Shown here piece after piece: positions 9,898-20,330 of a stretch of 64,000 nt of DNA. Source of the DNA: a virus. Where the stretch lies: IMG/VR virus record IMGVR_UViG_3300045988_147264, positions 32,001-96,000 of that record, one strand, 5' to 3'. The notes under the pieces are model-generated. The model had not been told where the DNA came from. It was given only the letters and a program-made list of their open reading frames with translations, and searched no databases. How positions within the stretch are numbered: the stretch's first letter is position 1; each line of letters begins with the position of its first letter. The translations under genes and the position numbers were made by a program.

Positions 9898-12800
9898 TTA
9901 GATTGTGTGAATATAACATTTAAGCGACCCGCTCGAATATAGTGGAAGACTATTATCTGTTCGCGTTTTTCCGGTTATAAAGATATTTATAATATGATCG
10001 GTATCGCTATTAAAATATCCTTGTCTCATATCGTGTAGATGGGCAACAAAAAATAGCGTAGTATCCATATAGCCGCTTGTACTAGAGCTTTCCGCCATTG
10101 CCGCTTCTAGTTTAGCCATTACACTAACGGTATAAGCGGCATTTGATACAGGAACGTAATTGAATGTCGCGTTACAATATACAGGAACACTATTTTTATG
10201 CAAAGCATACATTGTTTCTATAGAATCAGTATCAACTTCGTAAGTGGTATTACCTGGTGATATTATTCCAGAATGCGTGTATACATATGGATTCACAATA
10301 GGAACCAGTCCTCTTATCTTATCAGTTATTACATTAACAGAATTCTGGGTTACTGTAATGCCGCTATTAGATGTTAATATGTCAAGCACTGTGTCTCCAG
10401 AGCCGCCAATAAGACAATGATTACTTTCGGTCAGCGAGCCAAACGATGCCATGTTTTTACCAATAAATACAGATGGATTTACATAAACACCGAATGTAGC
10501 CCCTGCATCAAAAGACACATTTGCCTGATTTATATAAGCAGAATAAGAACTAGGTTGACTATACGAATGTGTTACTGAAATTGATATTGTGCATCCAGTA
10601 GTACCAGCATAATACAGGTTTCCTATTTTATTAAAAATTAGCGGAACCTGCTTTACTTGATATACTGGTCCGTTGATTTGAACGCTTCCCGAAGCCATAA
10701 TGTAATTTCTAGAACCAATTTTAGCATTTACTGTTACGCTAAAATTATTTACAGACGGCATTTCTGGATATGTATCCGCTGCATTACTTGACGAACTAGC
10801 TCTTATTATAAGATTATTGCATAACAAGTCGTATAAATATTGGCCAGATGGTGCTATTACAAATGTGCCTACCGTATATACATTAGTTAAGCTACTTACT
10901 GTGCTTTGTGTGGTTCTTCTGGTAAAAAACGTGGTTCCAGAATCTACCTCCAATTTATATGCGTTTGCAGAATAATAATCATAACTTATTGTCTTAGATG
11001 GATCTATAACAGTTACTATCTTATTATTACTGTCTTTAGACTCAAACCTATTATCTTGTATAGTTATTCGTTCCCCGGTTTCAGAGGTTCTCACTTTCTT
11101 TGCGACAAGATCATCAGTATTAATCTTATCAGCATTAATCTTCGTAGCGTTTAAATTAATGGCTTGAATAAGGTTTGACACAACCTGCTGACTAAACAAG
11201 AAATCTGTCGCTATGTTCGCATATTGCCCTTGGAACGCAGACCAATAAGCCTTACCCTCATCTGTATCTGGTTGAGGTGTACTCTCGTTGACAAATTTCT
11301 TTGTCTGAATAGCCATGTAATACTTACCGTCAACTGCTCCAGCTGACGTAAAGTAAACTATATCTACTATAATCGAGTCGTCTGTTTCGGTTCCGGTGTA
11401 TAACCCATCGTTCTTCCATACACCTTTATATGTGACAACAGATGGTTTTGTCTTTCCATCCTTGCCGTCAAAACCACATCTGGCATAACTGATAGAGTAT
11501 GTCACGGTTTCATCAGACCATGTATAAATAATCTTTGTCCACAGATACTGACCAGGAAGGCCCTCAATAGGAGTTGAGTCTTCAAGATGCGCAGGCTCTG
11601 TCCAAGATTCATCTGAAGGGATGACATGATTCATCGTGATCGCATATGAGTATTTTGTATCAACAATTTTAGGCGTTGAACCATCCTCAATGACATAGAT
11701 GTCTTCAGCGTCCCAGAGAATATCGTTTACCTCGAATTCAAATCTGATTTTGCGACTTATTGTAGATGTATCAATAGCTCCTGTATAAACCTGCCTGTCG
11801 TTTGAGTCAATCTTATAATAAAGGGTTCCATCTGTGGTCTCTTCCTTCTTGGCGCCAACAACCTTGATTTTTTTGCAGGAAATTGTTAAATCACTGATTG
11901 AGCCGTCACTAAACTTCTTAATTGCATTCGTGGATGGTTCTATCTTATACAGAACAGCATCAGCTCCTGGCTCTCCAGCCTTCACACAGTTTACTTTAAA
12001 AAACAAAAGTTTTACATACTGTGTTTCATTTACTGTGGCTTTTACTGTGATATCAACGTTAAACGATGTCAACTCAACGCCTTTTTGCCATGAAACTGAA
12101 ATTGCGCCTGTTGCTTTATTAGGGACAACAACAACATTGTTCGCAAAATCTGTCTTTGTTACGACAGCTGTAAGGCTATCAAGCGTTAGTTTCTGAGAAC
12201 CATACCACATTGACGCTATTGGGGTATACGATGCAGCTGCTGTTGTTTTTCCGTCATAAGTAAGTGCAATTGACTCTATCTCATTATCAAGGTCGGCAAC
12301 GATCACAGATTCACCCTGCTCTCCAATAACCTCTTGCCAGTTGTAATCCTCTGGTCTCTGGCTGTCAGGATGATTGCTTGGGTTTTCAGAATAATCGACA
12401 TATGTTCCCATATATCTATATCTCTGCCCCTTCGGCTTTTGTGTCGTGAAGTTTTCATAATCAGGAGCCAATGTGTTTGCCCATGCTATATGTAGACACG
12501 CCGAGTCACCTTTGACTCTAACCTTGCCTACATTGGTAAATCCGTTATGATTCTTGTCGTTCTCAAGAGGAGTTCCTGTATAAACCCACAGATCTTCACC
12601 AATAATATAACCGTCATTTTCTGAAGGCGTAGGAGATGTCGGCAAATCATCTATACTAGCAAGTGACCCTTTAATATTCACGGATTTTCCATTCTTGCCG
12701 TCATTACCGTTCTTACCAATATAAGTAACAGTATAAACAACTGATGTTGTGTTGTCGGTATATGTAGTAGTTGTTCTCGACCATAGGTATTTACCCCCAA

Positions 12801-13314
12801 CGATATCAGGACTTGTTTTTGACCAACCACTTGCTGGCGGATTGTTTCCTTGATCGGATAGAACATATTCCACCAGACTAGATTTGATCCCACGCCCATC
12901 CGTTCCATCCTTAGCCGTCAGTGGCCATATATTCCAAGAACCACCAGTCTCCTTAAGTGCGGCCCAGTGATCATCGCTTGTTTGCGGAGCGGCATGCCAC
13001 AAATCTGGTGCCCTATCCGGGTCAAGCGGCGCATCCTTTGACGCGACTGTTGAGTAACGCCATGTAAGTAATGCTTCACCGCCTCCGGCGACTTTAGCGT
13101 CAGTATATTTCTTCGCCTCATCGAGGGTCATCTTGTCTTGAGAATCGACATAGTTTTTCTCTACGCCGCCAGTTGACGATCCCAACTCGAGGTCATCCAC
13201 AACCTTACAGAGCGTCTCCTGAAGGCTGTTACCAGTGATCGCTTGTCTTGTATTCGTATACACGCGATCCTTTATGTAATTCTTAATTTGAGTTTTTGTT
13301 GCCATATATATCAA
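9898..13314 (-). CDS. giant tail fibre/spike-like protein
   Basis: 1138 aa, beta-rich and T/S/N/G-rich. Contiguous with other tail genes, with a 4-nt overlap with the downstream gene. Confidence 0.5.
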   Translation of the reverse strand: MIYMATKTQIKNYIKDRVYTNTRQAITGNSLQETLCKVVDDLELGSSTGGVEKNYVDSQDKMTLDEAKKYTDAKVAGGGEALLTWRYSTVASKDAPLDPDRAPDLWHAAPQTSDDHWAALKETGGSWNIWPLTAKDGTDGRGIKSSLVEYVLSDQGNNPPASGWSKTSPDIVGGKYLWSRTTTTYTDNTTSVVYTVTYIGKNGNDGKNGKSVNIKGSLASIDDLPTSPTPSENDGYIIGEDLWVYTGTPLENDKNHNGFTNVGKVRVKGDSACLHIAWANTLAPDYENFTTQKPKGQRYRYMGTYVDYSENPSNHPDSQRPEDYNWQEVIGEQGESVIVADLDNEIESIALTYDGKTTAAASYTPIASMWYGSQKLTLDSLTAVVTKTDFANNVVVVPNKATGAISVSWQKGVELTSFNVDITVKATVNETQYVKLLFFKVNCVKAGEPGADAVLYKIEPSTNAIKKFSDGSISDLTISCKKIKVVGAKKEETTDGTLYYKIDSNDRQVYTGAIDTSTISRKIRFEFEVNDILWDAEDIYVIEDGSTPKIVDTKYSYAITMNHVIPSDESWTEPAHLEDSTPIEGLPGQYLWTKIIYTWSDETVTYSISYARCGFDGKDGKTKPSVVTYKGVWKNDGLYTGTETDDSIIVDIVYFTSAGAVDGKYYMAIQTKKFVNESTPQPDTDEGKAYWSAFQGQYANIATDFLFSQQVVSNLIQAINLNATKINADKINTDDLVAKKVRTSETGERITIQDNRFESKDSNNKIVTVIDPSKTISYDYYSANAYKLEVDSGTTFFTRRTTQSTVSSLTNVYTVGTFVIAPSGQYLYDLLCNNLIIRASSSSNAADTYPEMPSVNNFSVTVNAKIGSRNYIMASGSVQINGPVYQVKQVPLIFNKIGNLYYAGTTGCTISISVTHSYSQPSSYSAYINQANVSFDAGATFGVYVNPSVFIGKNMASFGSLTESNHCLIGGSGDTVLDILTSNSGITVTQNSVNVITDKIRGLVPIVNPYVYTHSGIISPGNTTYEVDTDSIETMYALHKNSVPVYCNATFNYVPVSNAAYTVSVMAKLEAAMAESSSTSGYMDTTLFFVAHLHDMRQGYFNSDTDHIINIFITGKTRTDNSLPLYSSGSLKCYIHTI

Positions 13315-13868
13315 TCAAAACTATTATCGAAACTGTCATCAAACGATCCCTTTATCTCAGGTGTTGGAGGTTCAGGATCTACCGGCTTAATATAACTACC
13401 AAGATCGCTTATCTTCAACTTTCGTATCTGCCCATCTTGGAAGATCCACATATACTCATTACCGCTCAACGGTAACGTAGCCCATGGACAACCCTTGAAA
13501 TAATCGTTTATATAACCATACACATACTGTCTAAGGTTCTTGCTTATCCAGTCATTAAGAATTTTATTCACTATATCAGTGACACGTGATTCAAGAACCT
13601 CGTCAAGTATGTCGTAAATCCTGTTATCAATTATATCTGGAAGTACATTTGTAATAAAATCCTGCATGAGCTTATCAAATATCTGTGGCGCGAGTTCATG
13701 TATCAACCGCTCAACGTCCTCGATATTTATAGAGCCACTGATAGGATACCAATCAATAGCTTCCCAGCGATATAATCTGAATTTGTGTCGCCCGTATGGT
13801 TTAAGCCATATAAGCTCCTTGTCTCTTGGCGCCTTAACGCCATAATATATAAAACGTACTCCTGACAT
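13311..13868 (-). CDS. hypothetical protein (acidic C-terminal FD repeats)
   Basis: 185 aa ending PEPPTPEIKGSFDDSFDNSFD. Translationally coupled to the 1138-aa gene. Confidence 0.45.
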   Translation of the reverse strand: MSGVRFIYYGVKAPRDKELIWLKPYGRHKFRLYRWEAIDWYPISGSINIEDVERLIHELAPQIFDKLMQDFITNVLPDIIDNRIYDILDEVLESRVTDIVNKILNDWISKNLRQYVYGYINDYFKGCPWATLPLSGNEYMWIFQDGQIRKLKISDLGSYIKPVDPEPPTPEIKGSFDDSFDNSFD

Positions 13869-14064
13869 TATAATATAATTAAGTCAAAGCCGGTATTTAA
13901 ACCGGCATTGACAATTTAACATTGTTTTTATAGAAACCTGATGGTTTTGTTAACTATGAAAATGTTTATTTCTAAGAAAATAAGGCAATTCATGATTGCT
14001 AGAAAAACAACAACTCAGATTATAGGTACCAATAAATCTGGCAATCTTCTTTTATTTTCATAAA

Positions 14065-16830
14065 CTATTGTATATCAAGGAACATATCATCACAATATAA
14101 GGTAATAATTATATCGCCATTGAAACCAGTAGACACATAACTACTTAAATCTAACACAGATGGATTTTGCATCTCAAGCACGACAGACGAATCAAATCCA
14201 GGAACTTCTGTTCCAAAATAGGTTTCTGACAAATCAAAGGTAGGCAAATTTAATAAACTTAAATTACCTGTTTTGATCTCTGAAATTGACACAATACCTA
14301 TAAGATTAGCTTCGGTGGCGGCAAAATCAGTAACAAAGGCTAGATTATTTAATTTAAAAATTGAGAGCGGCATTGGAATGCACCTGTATACATCCATCCT
14401 AAGTTTTGGTACTGATCCACCTGCATCTACACCCGTTACATAAGGAAATATAGGCAAGTAACTTGTATTGTCATCCCTGTTCATTAACCAAACAAGACCA
14501 AACTTCTCACTAGAGAATTGTGATGATACATAGGAGCTCAAAGGTTCATCTGTTTTAATGACTGCATGATATCTAGTTTGATATTCTTCAACAATACAAT
14601 CAGATTCAAGTATAATTGAACCATAAGAAGTAACGGCATCTTTAACTTTGGTAAAAAGATCTGCTTGAACTTTTGCAATTTCACATAACAAGAAGTTCTC
14701 ATTGTTATAAAAGTCTGTATGTTCAGACGTTTCATTATTATAAACAGTATAAGGATTAGTAGATCCGTTTAATATATGAACATATAAGAACTGATTATAT
14801 TTCCAGTCAACCTGCAACTTGTTGTATAATTCGGCAACATTAGACTTTGGAATATCAATGTATATGTACTGTGAATCCATTGATATAGTTGTTCCCAAAG
14901 ATAAACCATCCGTTATAGTCAAGCCATTGGTATTTATATATACTTCTGGATTATGATCTGCTACATCTAACACTTGATCAGCATTTGATATTGCAATCTT
15001 CATTGCGACGGTATTCTCAGACTCTGAAGCATCTTGTGTACAATTGCAAGTAGCAATTACATCTCCAGTAGAAGCTTTAAGAACGAGATCAAAGGTTCTC
15101 TCTGAAGAAGTGTTAACATCAGGTGCCAGAGATAAGCTCTTATTTCCGGTACCACTTATTGGTAGCTGGTCGCCACTTGCTAAACTGTTGCCAACGTAAG
15201 AAGGACCATCGATAGTCCAACCCACATTATCTGGATCAGAGATATTCAAGTCAAGACCTGAGGCGGATAGATCACTTTGACCATTGCAGTCAAAGCGGAA
15301 TGTGGCAGGAACATTCCAAGAAGGTATAACTAAAGACTCCTGATTGTAGGATATTGATGCCGTAGTTGACTTGTTTCCCTCGCCGGTTATCTTCATTTCA
15401 ATAGTATCGTCCCTGGTTAAACCTGTGACGTTCTTACCAACGGTGGCCTTGAGATTAAGCTCATCAATGGTTATCAAACTTGGTACTGATGTGAACTCAT
15501 AGGTAAAATCAGTTATGGTTCTAGTAGCACCCGAAGTATAGGTGGCTGTCTGGTTCGGGGAAACCTTAGCAGCTATATCTACATCCCCACCAGTCTTTGG
15601 AATAATTACAGTAGAAGATGTGGCGCTAACTGATGAATAGGTTACCTGATTGGCCTGCTGGTACACATCAATATTTTTGGTTGTTTGGGAACCATTCCAG
15701 GTTATAGTGGCTGTAACTGTGTCAAGTTTTGTTCTGGCCTTGATGGTTGAACCAAGATTCGAGCCGTTTACCGTTTTAGACAACGTAATAATAACATCCG
15801 AAGATGTTATAGAAGGAGTATCGGATTCTCCAGAAGAATAATCAATCTTGCCTGAAGCTGAGATAAAGCTTGGTGAGTCAGCTGAGCCACCCGATGCTGG
15901 GATATCGTCTAATGAAACAGAAGCAGAGCTTAAAGTATAGGTGACCTTATTGGGATCCTGTCTTACAAAATCGGTATGAGTTAAGGTCTGACCATTAACG
16001 ATAATGGTTATCTTAATACGGGCTGACTTATAAGAATCAGTGATGTTCTTTCCCAGAGAATCCATAACTAGCTCTCCTGTATGCTCGTCTAAAGTCCAGT
16101 TATAAGGGGAACCAGGAGGATCAGTATAATAGGTATATTTTACAGAATGAGAAGAATTAGATTGGGTAAGAGTTCCACCACCAGATGTTTTGCCATTCCA
16201 TCCCCAAGGGATTGAAAATTCGTAAGAAGGGGTGGCAACACCTCCTTCTGCGCCTATATCCCAATTAGAATATCTCATATTGACACTTGCAGTGCCGTAG
16301 GTCTTCTCACCTTCTGTTTGGGTAATAGTGATGGTTTTAGAAGATACCCCAGGATCACCCGAATCGAGAAGCCTGAAAGTGATGTTCCTGGAGTACTCTG
16401 TCTGATTCTCCGCCACGTCAAAGGAGATCTCAAAAGTGTAAGAGCTAGATGCCCCAGGATCACCCGATATCTGATGAGAGACGTTTCCGTCCCAGGAATA
16501 GGCCGTCCCGTTTACTTTAAGGGCGAAATTTGAAAGTAAAAAGGAATAGCTGAGTTGATACACCGTCAGAGACGGTGAGTTGCTGGTGCCAGTGATTTTC
16601 ACGGTGCCACCCAGAGCTGTGACAGAATAGGAAGTGTTGTCTACCATGATAAACTCGCTAGCTCCATCCTGCGAGAGAACTACAGAATCAGAGGCTCCAC
16701 CAGAGGTAACTCCTTTGATAGAGCCTGATCTGCTTGATCTTCCAGTATGGGGGCTTGCTTTTAGTGATCTTGTCCCCGGGCCACTTCCTATAGGCCCATA
16801 TTTTATGGTTATCCAACTTGGTTTTGCCAT
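14065..16830 (-). CDS. large Ig-like repeat virion protein (paralog of the 550-aa protein)
   Basis: 921 aa. N-terminus MAKPSWITIKYGPIGSG..TRSLKAS.HTGRSSRSGSIKGVTSGGASDS parallels MAKPNWIKLGKSSGS...TALEYTGRQQRGGTITAKTTGGATDT of the 550-aa gene. Repeated 'TVTYTSGATRT', 'ITITQ' blocks. Confidence 0.55.
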   Translation of the reverse strand: MAKPSWITIKYGPIGSGPGTRSLKASPHTGRSSRSGSIKGVTSGGASDSVVLSQDGASEFIMVDNTSYSVTALGGTVKITGTSNSPSLTVYQLSYSFLLSNFALKVNGTAYSWDGNVSHQISGDPGASSSYTFEISFDVAENQTEYSRNITFRLLDSGDPGVSSKTITITQTEGEKTYGTASVNMRYSNWDIGAEGGVATPSYEFSIPWGWNGKTSGGGTLTQSNSSHSVKYTYYTDPPGSPYNWTLDEHTGELVMDSLGKNITDSYKSARIKITIIVNGQTLTHTDFVRQDPNKVTYTLSSASVSLDDIPASGGSADSPSFISASGKIDYSSGESDTPSITSSDVIITLSKTVNGSNLGSTIKARTKLDTVTATITWNGSQTTKNIDVYQQANQVTYSSVSATSSTVIIPKTGGDVDIAAKVSPNQTATYTSGATRTITDFTYEFTSVPSLITIDELNLKATVGKNVTGLTRDDTIEMKITGEGNKSTTASISYNQESLVIPSWNVPATFRFDCNGQSDLSASGLDLNISDPDNVGWTIDGPSYVGNSLASGDQLPISGTGNKSLSLAPDVNTSSERTFDLVLKASTGDVIATCNCTQDASESENTVAMKIAISNADQVLDVADHNPEVYINTNGLTITDGLSLGTTISMDSQYIYIDIPKSNVAELYNKLQVDWKYNQFLYVHILNGSTNPYTVYNNETSEHTDFYNNENFLLCEIAKVQADLFTKVKDAVTSYGSIILESDCIVEEYQTRYHAVIKTDEPLSSYVSSQFSSEKFGLVWLMNRDDNTSYLPIFPYVTGVDAGGSVPKLRMDVYRCIPMPLSIFKLNNLAFVTDFAATEANLIGIVSISEIKTGNLSLLNLPTFDLSETYFGTEVPGFDSSVVLEMQNPSVLDLSSYVSTGFNGDIIITLYCDDMFLDIQ

Positions 16831-16850
16831 GATGATTCGTTTTTAAAATA

Positions 16851-16886
16851 AATTAGAAGATGAGAGGGGTTTCACCCCCTCTCACC
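16851..16886 (-). terminator. candidate intrinsic terminator after the 550-aa gene (minus-strand RNA)
   Basis: Minus-strand RNA: UGAGAGGGG-GUGAAA-CCCCUCUCA (9-bp stem) followed by UCUUCUAAUUUAUUUU. Confidence 0.4.
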
Positions 16887-16897
16887 TTATGACAGCC

Positions 16898-18550
16898 TTA
16901 TTCAAGAGTCCAGCTATCGTTTGACTCTATAGTGAGCGTCTTGGATTCTCCGGCAGCCACAAAGGTGAGGCTCTCTGGAGTAAGGTTGATGTAAGAAGAA
17001 GATCCCTGCTGACTAAACGTGAAGTCTCTGGTGGCAGTCTTGTCGCCCTCACCGGTGACAGTTACTGTCACTACAAATCCTCCGCGAGGTTCAGTAGTAG
17101 GGTTGGCTCCAACAGAAACGATGCCGTCAGAAGAGAGAGCAAACCCAGTTGCAGCAGTCTTGACCTTTGGACTGAGATCGAAGACAACCGCAGCGGTATC
17201 GCTGGCCTCTGTTCTGGTGGCGCCAGAAGTATAGGTGACAGTCTGCTTGGCTCCAACATTGGAGTTGTCTGTCATGTTACGGCTTTGGGTACCGTCAGCC
17301 CTGAGTGAAACTTTTGTGGAAACAGAAGAATCAAATGTAATATCACCGTAAGTAGCGGTATTGGCTGCCTGATATACATCTACAGAAGCAGATTTGGTAG
17401 CGGTAGCTTTCCAAGTAACTGTAGCGGTGAGAGTACCTTTCTTGGTTCTATTAGTTACGGTAGTACCAAGTGAAGCAGCTGAAACTTCCTCACTAAATGT
17501 AATGGTACAATCATCAGAGCCATTGGTGAGATCTACATCACTTGTAACCGAACCCGAGGTGTAAGTCTGTGAACCCTTAGCTGTAACGGTGGCAGAAGAT
17601 ACTGAACCTCCGGAAGCTGGGATGTCATCTGGAGCAGCCAGTGTCACGTCTGTAACGGCATAGGTTACAGAGTTAGCCTTCTGGCTAACTGAAACTTCCT
17701 TGGAAGCGGACTTGCCATTGGCATTAAGAGTGATGGTTACAGTGCCTGAGATCACGTCTCCAACCACGGTTGTACGAGATTCAGCAGATACCTGACCCGT
17801 AGCTGTGGCAAGGGTAAGGGCTTCTGGCCAGCCCGTCTTAGTTGCATAAGCAACAGTGCCACCGGTAGTAATGGTACCACCACCTGAGGTAACACCGTTC
17901 CATCCCCAAGGCTGGGAGAAGGAAACAGAAGGAGCGTCAACTGTACCACCGGCAGCAGGAATTTGTTGATAAGTACCAACAGTGAGGGTGACAGCACCAT
18001 AAAACTTAACACCCTTGGCCTGAGTGATGGTGATGGCTTCTGTAGTCACATCGCCGTTACCATTCTGAAGCTTGATCTCCAATGTTTTGGCAGCTTCAGT
18101 CTTGTTCTCTGGGATCTTGACGTCGATAGTGAAAGTGAACTGAGCATCCTTGCCAGGGTCGTCATCAATGCCAGTATCAGTTTTTCCATCCCAAGAATCA
18201 TCGTTTATTGCGTTGACTTGGATTTTGTAGGCTGCCCCAGGGATAATCTTGCCCGCAGTCTCTGCCACCTTGATGTTTGCCGTATTTGCGGTACCGGTGA
18301 TTTGAATGGTATCAGAACCATCAGAATTGCTACCCTTTGCAGCCGCGTTGTAGGTCTTGGTCGGCACATTAATGAACTCAGCCTTACCTGTCTGAGAAAC
18401 GGAAGTTGTGTCGGTTGCACCTCCGGTTGTTTTAGCGGTAATTGTTCCACCCCTCTGCTGACGGCCCGTGTACTCAAGGGCGGTAACAGTTGTGGAATCG
18501 TTCATGGAACCTGAGCTCTTGCCAAGTTTAATCCAATTCGGTTTTGCCAT
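16898..18550 (-). CDS. Ig-like repeat virion protein (paralog family)
   Basis: 550 aa, T/G/S/A-rich beta repeats, ends NDSWTLE. Confidence 0.55.
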   Translation of the reverse strand: MAKPNWIKLGKSSGSMNDSTTVTALEYTGRQQRGGTITAKTTGGATDTTSVSQTGKAEFINVPTKTYNAAAKGSNSDGSDTIQITGTANTANIKVAETAGKIIPGAAYKIQVNAINDDSWDGKTDTGIDDDPGKDAQFTFTIDVKIPENKTEAAKTLEIKLQNGNGDVTTEAITITQAKGVKFYGAVTLTVGTYQQIPAAGGTVDAPSVSFSQPWGWNGVTSGGGTITTGGTVAYATKTGWPEALTLATATGQVSAESRTTVVGDVISGTVTITLNANGKSASKEVSVSQKANSVTYAVTDVTLAAPDDIPASGGSVSSATVTAKGSQTYTSGSVTSDVDLTNGSDDCTITFSEEVSAASLGTTVTNRTKKGTLTATVTWKATATKSASVDVYQAANTATYGDITFDSSVSTKVSLRADGTQSRNMTDNSNVGAKQTVTYTSGATRTEASDTAAVVFDLSPKVKTAATGFALSSDGIVSVGANPTTEPRGGFVVTVTVTGEGDKTATRDFTFSQQGSSSYINLTPESLTFVAAGESKTLTIESNDSWTLE

Positions 18551-18588
18551 ATTTTTTAATAATTTTAGAAAGTTAATAAATTAGCCTT

Positions 18589-18760
18589 TATTAGACGTTT
18601 AGTCGTTGTATTTGACTCCAAGAGTCCAGGAAGCATTGGATTCTACGGTTAGGTCTTTAGTGCTTTCTGGGTCCGGAAATTCTAATTTCTCTGGAACAAG
18701 TTTGACGAACTCATTCAGAGATTGATGCTTATACATCATCAGAGCTCTAAATACACTCAT
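18589..18760 (-). CDS. small protein carrying the paralog-family C-terminal motif
   Basis: 57-aa ORF not in the track (MSVFRALMMYKHQSLNEFVKLVPEKLEFPDPESTKDLTVESNASWTLGVKYND). It shares the SWTLx ending of the Ig-like proteins. Confidence 0.3.
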
Positions 18761-18763
18761 AGC

Positions 18764-19120
18764 TTATACTTTTGGAAATTCTCCCCAGACGGCCAGGGAT
18801 CCTATTACTGATATAACATATATGCGATCGGCTTGAGTTACAGGAGCCTCTCCGTTCATCCATTTAATAGTGGAGTCTCCAACGATAGCGTGAATGGTTG
18901 CTCCAACTTCGATAGTATAGACAGTCTCTTTGTGAGATGCGCTTGACTGAACGATGTAATCGTCATTAAGCTCCGGAACATCTATGTAGTTGACCCCGTC
19001 GAGTTTATCGAGAACATCTTTTACCGTCTCATCTTTATACTTTATCTGATCTGAATTTGTGATATATTGACCCGCTAATGGTCGTCTTAGTTCGCCATAG
19101 ATCTTAATATAATCTGCCAT
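18764..19120 (-). CDS. hypothetical virion-module protein
   Basis: 118 aa, tightly packed between the fibre-like gene and the Ig-like block. Confidence 0.5.
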   Translation of the reverse strand: MADYIKIYGELRRPLAGQYITNSDQIKYKDETVKDVLDKLDGVNYIDVPELNDDYIVQSSASHKETVYTIEVGATIHAIVGDSTIKWMNGEAPVTQADRIYVISVIGSLAVWGEFPKV

Positions 19121-19133
19121 GATATTCTAAATT

Positions 19134-20309
19134 TTAAGATATAACAATGGTCATAGGGTCTGTACCAGGAAGATCCTTAGTTCGATAGCACTTGTATGTT
19201 CCTAGTTGAGTAGAAGCTTCCACTGGAGTCAAGAACGGAACATCAAAACCACCAGATGTAACCTTATTGATTGACGTAGTATTAGGGACACAGAGCCATA
19301 GGTACTTGGTGGCGTCATCATTGATTAGAGTCTTGGTACCATTGAGAGAAGATCCTCCCTTTGTCAGTGAAGTGATAGTCAACTCATTTCCTGCGGTGGC
19401 TTTAGAAAATCCGTAATATACCGGAAGATAGAGATTAGCACTAATAGATTTTGGTGAGTTCTTTATGGTAGTAGTGCCTTTCTTAGCAGTAACTGAGCCG
19501 AATTTATAGCCCTGAGCAGCGAGAGTGAATTTCTCCGAACCCTCCGCTACGTTCTCCAAGGTCTTAGTCTCGCCGTTGAACTGAATTTGAATAATATCGG
19601 CTACCACCGGTTTAGAGTTTCTAAGGACCCTGAAGTGTACGCTGACTTCTACCGAACTACCTGTCCACTCCACGGAAGACGGAGAAATGGAGGCCTCAAG
19701 AGAGGTAGGGAAGCAATAGTCTTGTAGTTCAGTCATAGCGGCTGCAATAGCCTTATTTTGAACTGGATTTGTTGACTCAGCATTCAGATCCGTGTCTACG
19801 GTAATTTCAGTTCCAGGTTGAATGTTGTCAATCTTGTCCTCAAGCTTCTTTACCTCATCTTTAGTGGCGAGATTTACAAGATCCTGATCAGTTGCGTAAT
19901 TACTGTCATTCTCTAAATCAGATACCTTTGTTGGCATCTTGTCAAGCTTCGCTTTGTCTATGTCCGTATAATCATTGGTTGATAAACCCTTACCTTGTTC
20001 TTTGTCAACCTTCCCTTCGTTTAAAGACAGAATTGATGCATCGGTCTTAGACGCTATGCCATCAATATATTTCTTTACGGTTTTGTTGGCGATTGCATTT
20101 GACGATGAATCGGACATCTTTGTGTCGATTATTATATCACCGGAGCCAGATCCAACTCCAGTAACTGGAACCCATTTGCCATGGTCCCAGATTTCGACAA
20201 CAGGATTATTATTCTCGTCATGATGAACCCACAACACGTTACTCTTGTACGGGAAAGGATACGAAGAACCGCTAGTGCGAACAATCCTTAAATTTCTATT
20301 GAAATCCAT
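19134..20309 (-). CDS. fibre-like protein (central coiled-coil, beta-rich C-terminus)
   Basis: 391 aa. Central heptad-like region KAKLDKMPTKVSDLENDSNYATDQDLVNLATKDEVKKLEDKIDN. Immediately downstream of portal. Confidence 0.45.
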   Translation of the reverse strand: MDFNRNLRIVRTSGSSYPFPYKSNVLWVHHDENNNPVVEIWDHGKWVPVTGVGSGSGDIIIDTKMSDSSSNAIANKTVKKYIDGIASKTDASILSLNEGKVDKEQGKGLSTNDYTDIDKAKLDKMPTKVSDLENDSNYATDQDLVNLATKDEVKKLEDKIDNIQPGTEITVDTDLNAESTNPVQNKAIAAAMTELQDYCFPTSLEASISPSSVEWTGSSVEVSVHFRVLRNSKPVVADIIQIQFNGETKTLENVAEGSEKFTLAAQGYKFGSVTAKKGTTTIKNSPKSISANLYLPVYYGFSKATAGNELTITSLTKGGSSLNGTKTLINDDATKYLWLCVPNTTSINKVTSGGFDVPFLTPVEASTQLGTYKCYRTKDLPGTDPMTIVIS

Positions 20310-20330
20310 ATTTTGATACTTTTATTGAAT

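Noticed and set aside
13887-13905. Hairpin GCCGGT-ATTTAA-ACCGGC between the 921-aa and 185-aa genes, and GGGACG...CGTCCC at 6210-6232, as terminators
   Set aside because: Stems are present but neither is followed by a convincing U-tract on the transcribed (minus) strand. They may be attenuators or RNase sites, so they are not called as terminators.
17963-18514. 183-aa plus-strand ORF, with many 60-120-aa ORFs on the opposite strand inside the large virion genes (e.g. 7784-8143, 11834-12196, 25135-25479, 26866-27450)
   Set aside because: Entirely contained within long, strongly protein-like minus-strand genes. Cys/Ser/Leu-rich low-complexity translations typical of antisense frames.
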